Positions 20,993 to 35,144 of a stretch of DNA of 40,946 nucleotides are shown one piece after another (position 1 is the first letter of the stretch; each line of letters begins with the position of its first letter). The position numbers were made by a program, and so were the translations under genes. The notes beneath the pieces were generated by a model. It was not told the DNA's origin. It ran no database searches and was given only the letters and a program-made list of their open reading frames with translations. The stretch comes from Vicugna vicugna (lineage: Eukaryota), in NCBI GenBank assembly GCA_013265495.1, contig MU058428.1, positions 1 through 40,946 on the forward strand, in the 5' to 3' direction.

Positions 20993-23900
20993 TAACTTTT
21001 TTTTATTGATTTATAATCATTTTACAATGCTGTGTCAAATTCTAGTTTACGGCACAACTTTTCAGTTATACATGAACATATATATATTCATTTTCACATT
21101 TTTTTCTCTGTGAGCTACCATAATATCTTGTGTATATTTCCCTGTACTATACAGTATAATTTTGCTTAACCATTCTACAATTTTGAAATCCCATCTATCC
21201 CTTCCACCCCACCCCCGGCAACCACAGTTTGTATTCTATGTCTATGAGTCTGTTTTTGTTTTGTATTTATGCTTTGTTTTTTTGTTTGTTTGTCTGTTTT
21301 TTTGGGTTTTTTTTTAGATTCCACATAGAAGCAATCGCATATAGTATTTTTCTTTCTTTTTCTGGCTTACTTCACTTAGAATGATGATCTAAAGGATCAC
21401 CCATGTTGCTGCAACTGGCATTATGTTGTTGGTTTTTATGGCTGAGTAGTATTCCATTGTATAAATATATCACTTCTTTTTTATCCAGTCATCCATTGAT
21501 GGACATTTAGGCTGTTTCCATGTCTTGGCTATTGTAAATAGTGCTGTTATGAACATTGGACTGCAGGTGTTGTCCTGAAGTAGGATTCCTTCTGGATATA
21601 TGCCCTGGAGAGGGATTCCTGGGTCATAAGGTAAGTCTATTCCTAGTATTTTGACGATTCTCCATCCTGTTTTCCACAGTGGCAGCACCAAACTGCATTC
21701 CCACCAGCAGCGTAGGAGCGTTCCCTTTTCTCCACAGCCTCTCCAGCATTTGTCAATTGTGGATATTTGAATGACGGCCATTCTGACCGGTGTGAGGTGA
21801 AACCTCACTGTAGTTTTGATTTGCTTTTCTCTGATAATTAGTGATATTGAGCATTTTTTCATGTGCCCATTGATCATTTGTATGTCTTCCTTGGAGAATT
21901 GCTTGTTTAGGTCTTCTGCCCATTTTTGGATTGGGTTGGGTGGTTGTTTCTTATTAAGTCGTATGAGCTGCTTATATATTCTGGAGATCAAGCCTTTGTC
22001 AGTTTCATAGTTAGCAAAACTTTTCTCCCATTCCGTAGGTTGTCTTTTTGTTTTACTTATGATTTCCTTTGCTGTGCAGAAGCTTGTAAGTTTAATTAGG
22101 TCCCATTTGTTTATTCTTGCTTTTATTTCTATTGCTTGGGTAGACTGTCCTAGGAGAACATTTTTGAGATGTATGTCAGATAATGTTTTGCCTATATTTT
22201 CTTCCAGGAGGTTTATTGTATCTTGTCTTATGTTTAAGTCTTTGATCCATTTTGAGTTTAGTTTTGTGTATGGTGTAAGGGGTGTTCCAGCTTCATTGAT
22301 TTACATGCTGCTGTCCAGTTTTCCCAGCACCATTTGCTGAAGAGACTGTCTTTATTCCATTGTATTTTCTTGCCTCCTTTGTTAAAGATCAGTTGACCAA
22401 AAGTTTTTGGGTTCATTTCTGGGCTCTATTCTGTTCCATTGGTCCATATATCAATTTTTGTACCAATACCATGCTGTTTTGATGACTGTAGCTCTATAGT
22501 ATTGTCCAAAGTCTGGGAGAGTTATTCCTCCAACCTCTTTCTTTATCTTCAGTAATGCTTTGGAAATTCTAGGTCTTTTGTGGTTCCATATACATTTTAT
22601 TATGATTTGTTCTAGTTCTGTGAAATACGTCCTGGGTATTTTGATAGGGATTGCATTGAATCTGTAGATTGCCTTGGGCAGTGTGACCATTTTAACAATA
22701 TTGATTCTTCCAATCCAGGAGCATGGAATATCTTTCAATTTTTTAAAGTCTTCTTTAATTTCCTTCATCAATGGTTTATAGTTTTCTGTGTATAATTTTT
22801 TCACCTCCTTGGTTAGATTTATTCCCAGATATTTTATTACTTTGGGTGCTATTTTAAAGGGGATTGTTTCTTTACTTTCTTTTTCTGTTGATTCATCGTT
22901 AGTGTAAAGAAATGCAACTGATTTTTGAACGTTAATCTTGTAACCTGCTACCTTGCTGAATTCTTTGCTCAGCTGTAGTAGTTTTTGTGTGGACCTTTTA
23001 GGGTTTTCTATATATAGTATCATGTCATCTGCATATAGTGACACTTTAACCTCTTCTTTTCCAATTTGGATCCCTTTTATTTCTCTCTCTTGACTGATTT
23101 CTGTGGCTAGGACTTGCAAGACTATGTTGAATAGGAGGGGTGATAGTGGGCAGCCTTGTCTTGTTCCAGATATTAGTGGGAAGCTTTTGAGTTTCTCATC
23201 ATTGAGTACTAAGCTGGCTGTAGGTTTGTCATATATAGCTTTTATTATGTTGAGATATGTTCCCTCTATACCCACTTTGCTGAGAGTTTTTATCATAAAT
23301 GGGTGTTGAATTTTATCAAGTGCTTTTTCTGCATCTATTGAGATGATCATGTGGTTTTTGTCCTTTCTCTTGTTGATGTGATGTATTACATTGATTGATT
23401 CACATATGTTGAACCACCCTTGTGTCCCTGGGATGAACACCACTTGGTCATGATGTATAACCTTTTTTATGTGCTGTTAGATTCTATTTGCTAATATTGT
23501 GGTAAGGATTTTGGCATCTATGTTCATCAGTGATATTGACCTATAATTCTCTTGTTTTGGTAGTGTCTTTGCCTGGTTTTGGTATCCGGGTGATGGTGGC
23601 TTCATAGAATGAAGTTTGAGATCTACTGGTATGAGTTCTTCTTTGTATGTTTGGTAGAATTCCCCAGTGAAGCCGTCTGGTCCTGGATTTTTATTTATAG
23701 GGAGTTTTTTTATTGCTATTTTGATTTCATTTCTAGTGATTGGTTTGTTCAAGTGGTCAGTTTCTTCTTGATTCAGTCTTGGTGGACTGTATGTTTCCAG
23801 AAATTTGTCCATCTCCTCTACCATATAGTTTTTCTTCCATATAGTTTTTCATATACCATATAGCTTCCATATAGTTTTTCATAATATTCTCATATGCTAT

Positions 23901-25770
23901 TCTGTATTTCTATTTTATTTGTTGTAATTTCTCCATTTCATTTTCTTATTTTGTTAATTTGTGCTCTCTCTTTTTTCTTCTTAGTGAGTTTAGGCAGAGG
24001 TTTGTCGATTTTATTTACTTTTTCAAGAAAAACAGCTTTTGGTTCGATAGATTTTTTTCTATGGTTTTTTAAATCTCTATTTTATTTATTTCCTCCCTGA
24101 TCTTTATAATTTCCTTCCTTCTGCTGCCTTTTGGGGTTTTTTTATTCTTCTTTTTGTAGTTCTTTTAGTTGGTGGGTTAAATTGTTTATTTGAGATTGTT
24201 CTTTTTTGAGGAAGGCCTGCATCGCTATAAACTTCCCTCTTAGCACTGCCTTTGCTATGTCCTATAAATTTTGTGTGGTTGTGCTTTCATTTTCATTTGT
24301 CTCAAGGTATTTTTAAATTTCAGCTTTGATTTCCTCATTGACCCACTGTTTTTTTTAATAGCATATTGTTTAATCTCCATGCTTTCCTTTATTTCTCCTT
24401 TGTTTCTCTGTTGTTGATTTCTAGTTTCATGGCATTGTGGTCAGTAAAGATACTTGAGATAATTTCTATCTTCTTAAAATTGTTGACGTTTCTTTTGTGC
24501 CCAAGTACATGATCAATCCTAGAAAATGTTCCATGTGTACCTGAAAAGAATGTATATTCTATTTTTGGGGGGGTGTAACACTCTGAAAATATCCACCAAA
24601 TCTAATTTTTCTATTGTATTGTTTAGTTTCTCTGTTGCCTTATTTATTTTCTGTCTGGAAGATCTGTCTAATGATGTTAATGAGGTGTTAAAATCTGCAA
24701 CTATGATTGTATTCCCATCAGTATCCCTCTTTATCTCTGTTAGTAATTGTTTTGTGTCTTTAGGTGCGCCTATATTGGGTGCATATATATTAATGAGTGT
24801 AATATCCTCATCTTGTTTCAATCCTTTAATCATTGTAAAATGTCCTTCTTTATCTTTCTTTATGACCTTTGTTTTAAAGTCTATTTTGTCTGAAATCAGT
24901 ACTGCAACACCTGCTTTTTTGGCTTTTCCATTTGCCTGGAATATCCTTTTCCATCCTTTCACTCTGAATCTATATGTGTCCTTCTCCCTAAAGTGGGTGT
25001 CTTGTATGCAGCATATTGAAGGTTCTTGCTTTATTATCCAGTCTGCCACTCTGTGTCTTTTGATTGGAGCATTTCATCCATTAATAGTTACAGTAATTAA
25101 TGATAGATGTCTGTTTCTTGCCATTTTGAGCTTGTCCTTGCAGTTGTTTTGGTATTTCCTCTTTCTTCCTTTCTTCTTCCTTTTGTGGTTTTGTAATTTT
25201 CCTTTGTATTATCATGGATTTTATTTAGTTTTTGTGACTCTCTTGTAAGTTTTTGGCTTGTGGTTACCCTTTTCTGTAAGTCTATTAGCCCATTACTATA
25301 TCTCGAACCCATCCTACTGAAAACAAAAAATTTAAAAAAGAAAGAAAAAAAATACTCTATATTTTCTTGCTTCCCTCTCCCACTCTTAATGATTTAGATG
25401 TCTTCTTTTACAATTTCATGTTTATTTTATTTGTAATTTGTGAGTTATCACCTTTCCAGTTGTGAGTTTCTCATTTCTGTAGCATCCTGCTGCTTTTCTA
25501 TTTAGAGTAGACCTTTTGAATATTTCTTTTAGCATGGATTTAGTGTTGCTAAACTCTTTTAGTTTTTGCTTGTCTGTGAAATTCTTTATCTCTCCTTCTA
25601 TCCTATAGGATAGCCTTGCTCAATAAAGTATACTAGGCTGCATCTTTTTTCATTCAGGACTTTGAATATACATTGCCACTTCCTTCTGGCCTGTAGTGTT
25701 TGTGTAGAGAAGTCAGCTGAGAGCCGTATGGGGGTTCCCTTGTAATCCACTCTTTGCTTTTCTCTTGCTT
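20953..25770 (-). mobile_element. 5'-truncated LINE-1 (~4.8 kb): ORF1 C-terminus, inter-ORF spacer, broken ORF2, 3'UTR, (TAAA)n tail
   Basis: ORF 24519-25049 is APE endonuclease (CCIQDTH, NIYAPN, ADFNT). ORF 22451-23443 is RT ([15 protein letters not shown]). ORF 21470-21991 is the C-terminal CCHC region. ORF2 is split by frameshifts and stops, so the element is inactive. Confidence 0.97.
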
Positions 25771-25980
25771 TTTTTGTTTTTTTGTTTTTGTTTTGTTTTT
25801 GTCTTTTTTTGGTGGGGGGGAGGCAGTCAGGTTTATTTATGTATTAATTTATTTTATACATATATGTATACACACACACACATATATATATATATATATT
25901 TAATTGCAGTACTGAAGATGGAACCCAGGACCTCGTGCATGCTAGGCACATACTTTACCACTGAGCTATATCCTCCCCCC
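25771..25980 (-). mobile_element. tRNA-derived SINE (Vic-1-like) with (TA)/(CA) microsatellite and A-rich tail
   Basis: Reverse complement of 25905-25980: gggggaggatatagctcagtggtaaagtatgtgcctagcatgcacgaggtcctgggttccatcttcagtact. Confidence 0.88.
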
Positions 25981-25981
25981 A

Positions 25982-26275
25982 TTTTTTTTTTAAATTGAAG
26001 TATAGTCAGTTTACAATGTTGTGTCAGTTTCTGGTGTAATGTTTCAGTCATACATATACGTAACATATATTCCATTTCATATTCTTTTTCATTATAGGTT
26101 ACTACAGGATATTGAATATAGTTCCCTGTGCTATACACTAGAAACTTGTTTATCTATTTTGTATATAGTAGTTAATATCTGCAAATCTCAAACTCCCAAT
26201 TTATCCCTTCCTGCCCCCTTTCCCCCTCTGGTAAGCATAGTTTGTTTTCTATGTCTGTGAGTCTGTTTCTGTTTT
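25982..26275 (-). mobile_element. LINE-1 3' UTR fragment with poly(A)
   Basis: ttttttttaaattgaagtatagtcagtttacaatgttgtgtcagtttctggtgta...ggatattgaatatagttccctgtgctatac. Confidence 0.85.
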
Positions 26276-26814
26276 GGGAGGCTCCTTCTTAAGGCAGAAA
26301 AAGCTGTGGGTGAAGGAAGGGTAGACCTTTGAGCCGAGGCTTCAGACTCAGGGCTTATCTGTCCCAGCCACACAGCTTTGCTACCCACAGTGTGGAGTTA
26401 GTTTGGGATTCCCAGGGCTGTTGGGCCACCTTGGGATGAGCAGAGCCTTTGAGTGACAGTTCTTGGTCTATTTTGGGGACCAGATGGAATCTTTGATTCC
26501 TCTTCCCAGAGAAACACAACCCACACTTACACAGATATAGTATCCCTGGCATTTGGGGTAAAACCCCTTAGATTAGGGTACTATGAGATGGCTCTCTTTT
26601 CATTTCCTTTTTGGGGTCCCTGTTTGGTGTTGCCTTCCTTCCTTTTAGGGCTACACTCATGCCTATGCCCAAGACAGAGTGAGGGTGAGACACAGGGATG
26701 ACCAACCAGTTCCTCCATCTGTGATCCCCCATCCTGGTGGTGACAGCACAGGTGACAGGGACCAGAGCATGAGCTTCCCTCATCCAGAGCCTGGGATGGG
26801 ACAAGTCAGGCAGG

Positions 26815-26985
26815 GCTAGAGGATGGGGGATGGGGAGGAGAGGAAAGGGATGGGGAGGGAAGAGGAGAGAACTTGGGGAGGAGGAAGAGGGAAGAAGGAG
26901 AGGATGGAGGGGGTGAGGAAAGAGACCCAAGGAAAAGGGGGAGGGGACGGGCAGGTGGGAGGCAGGGGGCAGAGGGAGCAGGGGT
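26815..26985 (+). repeat. G/A-rich low-complexity purine tract
   Basis: ggatgggggatggggaggagaggaaagggatggggagggaagaggag...ggggggaggggacgggcaggtggg. Confidence 0.75.
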
Positions 26986-27579
26986 TCCTGACTAGGGGGC
27001 ATTCAGCACAGGGTGACATGTGAGTGATGCCCGGTGGCTTAAGAGGGAAGAAGTTGGTGGCCTGAAAGGGAGGGAGACAGAAAGCAGGGCTTTTCAATAT
27101 AAGAATTCATCTCACTGTGACAGTGGTCATTTATCACGCCCTGAACAGGAGCTCAGGGCCCAGTGCTGCCGCCAAAGGCCTCTGGGTAAAGGTTTACCTG
27201 AGTGTGAAAGGGACGGGGGCCTGGCCGAGCAGCAGCTCCTGGGGCTTCCAGGGATGTGAGGGTGGCCCCCCAGGGGCCATATGTTTGGAGCAGAAAGACT
27301 TTGGCACCAGAAGAGGGGACACAGGACAGGATGTTTCCAGGTGGGGGGCCCCTCCAGGCATCCCTGGCCATTGTGGGAAGGGGTTGCTTCATACAGGGGC
27401 TTGGAAAGACCTTCTCCAGGCACCCTTTCCCTGTTCAGTGTTGTGAGCCTGCCAGGGGTGAGAGAGAGGGCAAGCTGGTGGCATATCTGGGCAAGTGCTG
27501 TCACTGGTACCAATTCAAGTTTTTAGAAAATCATACTGTTTCATACTTACCACGTGTAGGTCATGAATAGATTTTTGAT

Positions 27580-27690
27580 GAGGGTGACCCTCCCTGTTGG
27601 CTGTCCGGGAACTCAGGTCTCCTGGGATGCCAGATGTCCCATGTTAAATCTGGGACAGTCCTGGGCAAAGCAGGGCAGCTGATCGCCCTA
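27580..27690. mobile_element. hAT-Blackjack MITE (MER81-like)
   Basis: Inverted termini agggtgacc...gatcgcccta; internal gggacagtcctgggcaaa. Confidence 0.7.
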
Positions 27691-28009
27691 ATATTAATTT
27701 GATTTCACAGTAGCTCTTGAAAGAGGCACCGCATTTACCTCCACTTACAAATCAGGAAATGGGCAGGGAGAACAAAGTTCTGGAGGCCACAGAGCCAGGG
27801 GGTGGGAGGGCCTGGGTCTGGAGGTAACTAGTCTGGTGTCTAAGTGTGCGCCCCCAACCCCTCCCCTTTGCCACCTGGAACTTGGAGGCGATACCAGTGT
27901 GATGAACGTGCTTTCTGAACAGTGAGCCAGGATGATGGGGGCCAAGGGGGTCACTGGTCTGTAGGTCCCAGTGCTTCAGACAGGCCTGCCTCTCCCTAAA
28001 AATTAAGAT

Positions 28010-28968
<959 letters not shown>

Positions 28969-29149
28969 TTATCATGGAAACATCTTCTGAAAAGTTCTTT
29001 AATAGATGTAAGTAAAATATACATTGTCCTATAAGTATATCAAACAGTTACCCATAATAATGAAATTTAAAATAGCTCCTNNNNNNNNNNNNNNNNNNNN
29101 NNNNNNNNNNNNNNNNNNNNNNNNNNNNNNNNNNNNNNNNNNNNNCTTC

Positions 29150-29320
29150 TCCTTGCATAAGATACAGATAATGCTATTATCCCCTATTTACTGATGAGGA
29201 AACTGAGGTCTAAAGAAGTTAAGTAATTTGCCCAAGATCATAAAGTAAGTGATAAAGGCATGATCTGAATCTAGGCAGTCTGGCTCCAGGACCCTGTCTC
29301 CTAAATATCACACTGATATG
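29150..29320 (+). mobile_element. MIR SINE
   Basis: attatcccctatttactgatgaggaaactgaggtctaaagaagttaagtaatttgcccaagatcata...gaatctaggcagtctggctccag. Confidence 0.85.
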
Positions 29321-29904
29321 ACAAGGTCACAGGTCCTTAGGCATAAGAGCCCAGAGTAAGGTCAGAGTCCAGGGGCCGGGCAGGGACTCCAGGGAGCTGG
29401 TGACTCTGTCAACAGTCAGGAAGGGTTATCTTCTGGTGGAATCAGCAGAAGCCCACAGGGAAAATGAGGCTATTAAGAAGTGGACCACCACTCTGCCTAT
29501 CAGAGAACACAGAGGATGCAAATTTTTTCTGAGAAAACTCATTTTTGTTCACCCAACATGTGGGTATTGGGGACCAGTCATTAGACAGTCACATTTTTCT
29601 GCCATGTCTCTCATGGCTCTAAAAAGGGAGAGTTGCTTTTCTCTGATTTCCTAATAAATCCAAAGCAAAAAAGAAAGGGTTGCCATGGAATTTTATAGTT
29701 AAAAAGCATTTCAAATGTTATGCAGTCCATTTCAAGGATAACAAACATTTAATGACTTGTCCAGTGTAACACAGTGGAGCACAGAGCAGAGCCTAGAATC
29801 CAGGGTTTCCAGTTCTTAATCAATAGTCTTCTCTCCTGTAAGAGTTCTCATCACGGGAATAAAAATCACCCTTTTTTCTTTTTTCTTTTTTCTTTTTTTT
29901 TTTT

Positions 29905-30040
29905 TATATCTACATCAGATGATGAATGTTAACTCCTAAATTTATTATGGTAATAATTTCATCATACATGTAAGTCAAATCATTATGCTGTACACCTTAT
30001 ACAGTGCTGTATGTTAATTATATCTCAATAAAACTTGGGG
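29905..30040 (+). mobile_element. Old L1 3' end
   Basis: caaatcattatgctgtacaccttatacagtgctgtatgttaattatatctcaataaaactt. Confidence 0.7.
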
Positions 30041-30104
30041 ACAAATAATAATCTCATCCACCTACACAGCACATGCACATTGAAAACAGTAAGGGGCTAT
30101 CTAT

Positions 30105-31060
30105 GCTCATTCATTTACCCATTTATCCATCTCATTTATCCCATTCAACCATCCACTCAGCACATTTTCACTGAGAACTTGCTGTGCTTTAGGCACTATT
30201 TTAGGTGCCTGGGATAAACATAAAATAAACAAATAAATAAAAATAGAATTTTCTGCCTTTATAGATCATACTTTCTAGCAAAAGGAGACAGACAATAAAC
30301 AACAATAAATAATTAGATTATAAAGTATATTAGAAAGTGATAAATGTTATAGAAAAATAAAAGAGCATGGCAAAGGGGAGCAGGAATATCAGGTCACAGG
30401 AACAATCACAGTTTTAAATAAAATGGCAAGGTGATTCTTCTTGAGTAAGTAAGAACTTAGAAGGTCTGAAGGCAAAGCATTGCAGGCAAAGAGATCAGCC
30501 AGGACAAATGCCCTAAGGCTGGAATGTGCCTGCTCTGCTCAAAGACCAGCAGAGAGGTGATTGGTGTTGTCAGAGAAGGAGCCCAGCAGAGGGCACTGGA
30601 AGGTGGCATGAGAGAGAACAGATGCTCAGAGGGCCAGGCCCAGTATGGACTCGTCTCTACATGAGATGGACAACAACCACAAGCTTGTCAGCTGAGGAGA
30701 AACATGATCTGACTTGTGTTATAGAAAAATTATTCTGGCTTCTGTGCTGAGAAGAGACCACATATGGGCAAGGGACTGTGTTTAGGAGGCCGCTGTGGTT
30801 ATCCAGAAGCTGATGGTGACTAGGGTCAGTGAGGCAGCAAAAGACATGGTGAGAAGTGGTCGGATTCTAGATGTAATTTAAAGGGACAACACCAACAGAA
30901 TTTGCTGTTATGGAGTGTGAAAGAAAGGGAGGAATGAAAGTTTCAGGTCTGAGGAACAGAGAAGATACAGAAGCCATTAACTGAGATGGAGAAGGGTACA
31001 GAGTGACCCTCAGAAAGGTTGGGAGTTCAATTTTTGGCATATGAAATGTAAGATAATCAC
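30105..31060 (-). mobile_element. LINE-2 3' portion
   Basis: cattcaaccatcc..cacattttcactgagaacttgctgtgctttaggcact...ggtgagaagtggtcggattctagatg..ccaacagaatttgctg. Confidence 0.75.
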
Positions 31061-31069
31061 CACTACTAG

Positions 31070-31850
31070 TCAGGAGAGAAAAACTTGTGCCAGGTTCTCT
31101 CTCCTGTTGTAAACAAAGTGGAAACTTGAAAAAATGGAACAACTATTTTCAGACACTGGGCAATGGGTAGTTCAGGCATGTAATCCCTGAGAAAAGGGGA
31201 ACAGAGAAGGTAAGCTCTGTGATGGACTTGGTTCTGGTCCTGGAAGCACTTTCCAGACTGCATCAGGGGGCAGGGGAACCAAACAGAAAAATCACAGAAT
31301 GGGAGGTGAAGAAATAGTAAGAAACACCTGGGAAGTATGAAGTCATTGGAATTTGCAAGATCAAGTAGAGAAGAGGAGAGAGCATGCAAAAACAACTATG
31401 GAGCTACGGGGAAAAACTCCCATAAATACACATAGAGGGCCTCCAATGTCTCTGACTGAAGGCGAAGCTGCACATGAGCAACAACTGTAAGGCCAGGCCA
31501 AACACCAGTTACTAGTAAGTATAAGTCAAACGACTCCCAGGGTGCACTGAGGGCTGGGAGAGGCTCAGGTTCTGACCAGTAAAGCAGAGAGTGTCATCAC
31601 ACACCTAAGACAGTCAATAGGGATCCAAGAAGAGCTCAGAACAAGTCTCAGAAAGATGAAGCTGAGCCACAAGTAACTTAAGTGCCTGGCAGACAAAGCC
31701 CAACCCTCTTTAAAGGAATAAAATACAGTCCTGATGCTCCAACACAACACTGTCATGCTCAACAGTCAATAAAATATTACTTGACATTGAAAAGGAGGAA
31801 AAATGAGACCCATAGTCTTAAGAAAAATCAGTGACAACAGATCCAGGAAT
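31070..31850 (+). mobile_element. Old LINE-1 5' region remnant
   Basis: taatccctgagaaaaggggaacagagaaggtaagctctg parallels 17564-17600; the 3' part has an ORF1-like start (aggaggaaaaatgagacccatagtc). Confidence 0.45.
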
Positions 31851-32734
31851 CAGATATGGTGGAATCACTTCTACAAGGACTGGGGATTACACAGTGCCTC
31901 AGTTTTCCCTCCTGTANNNNNNNNNNNNNNNNNNNNNNNNNNNNNNNNNNNNNNNNNNNNNNNNNNNNNNNNNNNNNNNNNNNNNNNNNNNNNNNNNNNN
32001 NNNNNNNNNNNNNNNNNNNNNNNNNNNNNNNNNNNNNNNNNNNNNNNNNNNNNNNNNNNNNNNNNNNNNNNNNNNNNNNNNNNNNNNNNNNNNNNNNNNN
32101 NNNNNNAGTTATGTGGGCATCTGCACCAGATGCACCAGGAGTAAACTGAGGGAAATTTCAGTTCTTCAAAAATAACACTGGGTCATGGAGGAGAGGAACT
32201 ACAGCACCCTCACACCTCGCTGGACAGGCCTTAGGGACGCACAATTCTTCCATAGACTTATCTTAAGTGTCCTATGACTTTGAGGGGTATTAAGTTATTT
32301 CCAGTAAATTGTCAAGGACACAACAAGTTTCCAAGGGGATAAACAAAAGTGGTGACTCTTAAGAAAGTCACGCATCTTGGAAATTGCATCAGTGAAGCAC
32401 CAAAGTAAGCACCTTAGAGAAACACAAAACAAATTGGCTTTGATGTTCTTTAAAGATGAGAGAAAGCAAATCTAAATGAAGAGGGATTTGAGGAAAACAT
32501 CACAAATAATAAGAGGCTTCAAAATAAAATCAGAGTTATCATGCACTTAGGATAAAAGAATCAAGAAGGTGCTTAAGTTAAATTAAGTAACGTGATTGGT
32601 GCCTGAATGACATAGGAAGGTTTTCAAGATAGACATTCAGGGGAAATGACATTTTATTTGAAGGAGACAAGCACCTCATGCTACAGTACATATGCTCTCC
32701 TTTCCAAAGTGCTTATACACATATGATGTTATAT

Positions 32735-33030
32735 GTACTGTCTCATCTCTAAACCTCCTTCAAGCACCTTCTTAAATGTCACATTCTCAGTGAGGTCCTC
32801 ACTTACCACTCTCACTGTGCAATCCCCCCGCCCCCCCAATACTCACTCCCTTGCTTTATTTTTCCCCATAGCGCCCATCACCAACTGACATATTTTACTT
32901 ATTTATTTTCTTTTCATCTCCTTAGAATAAAACTGGGGTTTGTTTATGTTTTGCTCACTTTGCTATTCCCAACAGCCTAGGACAGTGCCTGGCACACAGG
33001 AGACTCATCATGAAAGAGCAAATAAGTTAA
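32735..33030 (+). mobile_element. LINE-2 3' fragment
   Basis: cttaaatgtcacattctcagtgaggtcctc...cagcctaggacagtgcctggcacacaggagactca. Confidence 0.7.
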
Positions 33031-33492
33031 TCAATCCAGCCATCCTAAGAGGGAGGGAGCAAATATTAATACCATGTATTTTAAAAGAGGTGGGAGAGGT
33101 AAAAAGAGGTTTTTAAAAAATAATCTGTTCTAAATATGAAGAATGGCAAGTTTGTCAACTTTCTGCAGAAAAAAAATCTGTAGAAATTAGTCACCTATGA
33201 ATGACTAAAAAATACTAAAATCACCAGAAGAAGATCTGGCAGTAGACTTCCCAGTATAAGCAGAGAGCTGATACAGGAGTAACATTATTATCATGTGCCT
33301 GGGGAGCCTGAACTCAGAGCCCACAATGGACCTCAGAAAATAGAAATCAGACAGCATGGCCAGCCATTAGAGTGACTGTAATAAAAGAAGGATTTTGCAT
33401 GTTCTACATTCCCAGATATTGACAACTTACAGCATTTATTAAATCTGAACACAAGCAACAAATGTAGAGAAAGATCACACAGAAAAAGTGAC

Positions 33493-33691
33493 TCAGCTGC
33501 AGTAAAAGTGTGGGTGGAACTAACAACTATGGCTTTGCTGGGGCCATCATGACCTTCTGTCTCTCTGACGGGCACAAAGTTATCCACATTCCAGAGTTTC
33601 AAAATGCCCCCTCTGCAGCCACTGAGCAAAACCGGGTGGCCTGCCACCATTCCCGGGCACAGACCCAATCCTTATGTGCGTTTGGAACTTG
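33493..33691 (-). pseudogene. KIF21A: KIF21A-like penultimate exon (199 nt; 200 expected; frameshift near 33655)
   Basis: ctcag|[12 protein letters not shown][-1][53 protein letters not shown] ga|gtcact. Confidence 0.92.
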
Positions 33692-34973
33692 CTGAGAGAA
33701 AAAAGAAAAATTATCCGCATAAGAGGAGCCTCCCAAACAAAATTTTTGTATGAAAACAAGTTACAAATGTTTTTACTGACAAAATTCAATATTTGGAACA
33801 CTGAATTGGCCTGGAAACTATAAAAATCAGTTGATATGCAATCACTCTTAGTGATTTAAAGAAATAAATCTATAATTTGCTCTGCAATTTGCCTCACTAG
33901 TTATCATCAGTCTTATCAGTATTAAAGAGCTAGAATATTAAAAATCTATAGAATCTAAAAGACCTGGAAAGTATACAGGATTTTTCAAATATCACTTCCT
34001 CTTCAAAGGAGTAACTATCTCACCTTTCTCTAACACATAGTTTATGCACGTTTGAACACTTTAACCTGGTATGCTCTAGGGATTATCTCATAAAATCACT
34101 GCCCTAAATTTTGAGCAAGAACATAGAGGCCTAAAACTTTCTGTTGAAGGCTGCAGCTAAACTATACATTTCAAAATGAGTAGACAATAATTATAAGCTC
34201 AGACATTATGATCATACTTTATGCATAAATATATTTCTATGCATAATATAGAAGTTACATCCAAGAATGTATATCTATAAAAGAAATGCTTTTGAATGTA
34301 ATGTCTGCATCTGTTGCCAGGTTTTTTCTATCAACATTCAGGCTACTTGTTCATTTGCTTTCCATCTGGTTGTCACAGGAAAGTGACAGCAACAGCAGGA
34401 CAAACGTGCCCACATGAATAGAAGAGAAAACTGGAACCTGAGAACAAGTTCATGTGTTAAATCATTTTTTCCTCTGGGAATTAAGGAAAGCCACTAATAT
34501 TTGATTCTACTGACAAAATGCTTCAACCCAACCACCATTCTACAGGAAGTGAGAGAACCACCACTCGTGGAGGTATGAACATGCTCCTGCAGAGGAGGCA
34601 CCATTTACACTGCTCTGACTTGAGCTACACTTAGATTTCTTTGGACTGTGCATACCTAAAGCAAAAACAAAACAAAATGAGAAACTGTAACTGCTTTGCT
34701 CTGAGACTGATTTAATTTAATAAGCAAATGCACAGGGCAATCCCAGATCTCCCAATTCTTATCAGGGCCTATTCTTATCTAAGAGGTTATCATTAAGTGT
34801 TGAATGTTGCCCTTTTCATAATTAATAACTCTGGTGGGTAACAATGAAACACTCTTGAAGAGGAAGACCTGACTGATATCATCTTTAAATGATGAAGTTA
34901 TACTTAGAGGCTCTTCAAGTTCTTATAGAGAATACTGGTGAATTTGAAGTACCCAGTCTATCCAGTGCATTAC

Positions 34974-35144
34974 CTGTAGAAGGTCTTTTTGAGCCAGATT
35001 CCATTTCTTGATTCTATTGTCTCTGGACCCAGTAAGTAGGTTATCCTCTTGTATGGTTAGTGCTTCAATGCCATCATAATGAGGGGGCTCGAAACTGTGG
35101 GTGGGACTCACAGTTCCAAGAGCCCCTTCAGTTACATCAAACAT
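34974..35144 (-). pseudogene. KIF21A: KIF21A-like exon (171 nt, open frame)
   Basis: tttag|[57 protein letters not shown]|gtaatg. Confidence 0.95.

Noticed and set aside
22451..23443. 330-aa reverse transcriptase ORF as an active or domesticated gene
   Set aside because: It is an ordinary fragment of a 5'-truncated, frameshifted L1 ORF2.
25125..25500. Long L1 inter-ORF spacer with a short ORF (25097-25312)
   Set aside because: Extended inter-ORF regions are known in several mammalian L1 lineages. The short ORF is probably a chance or frameshift extension into ORF2.
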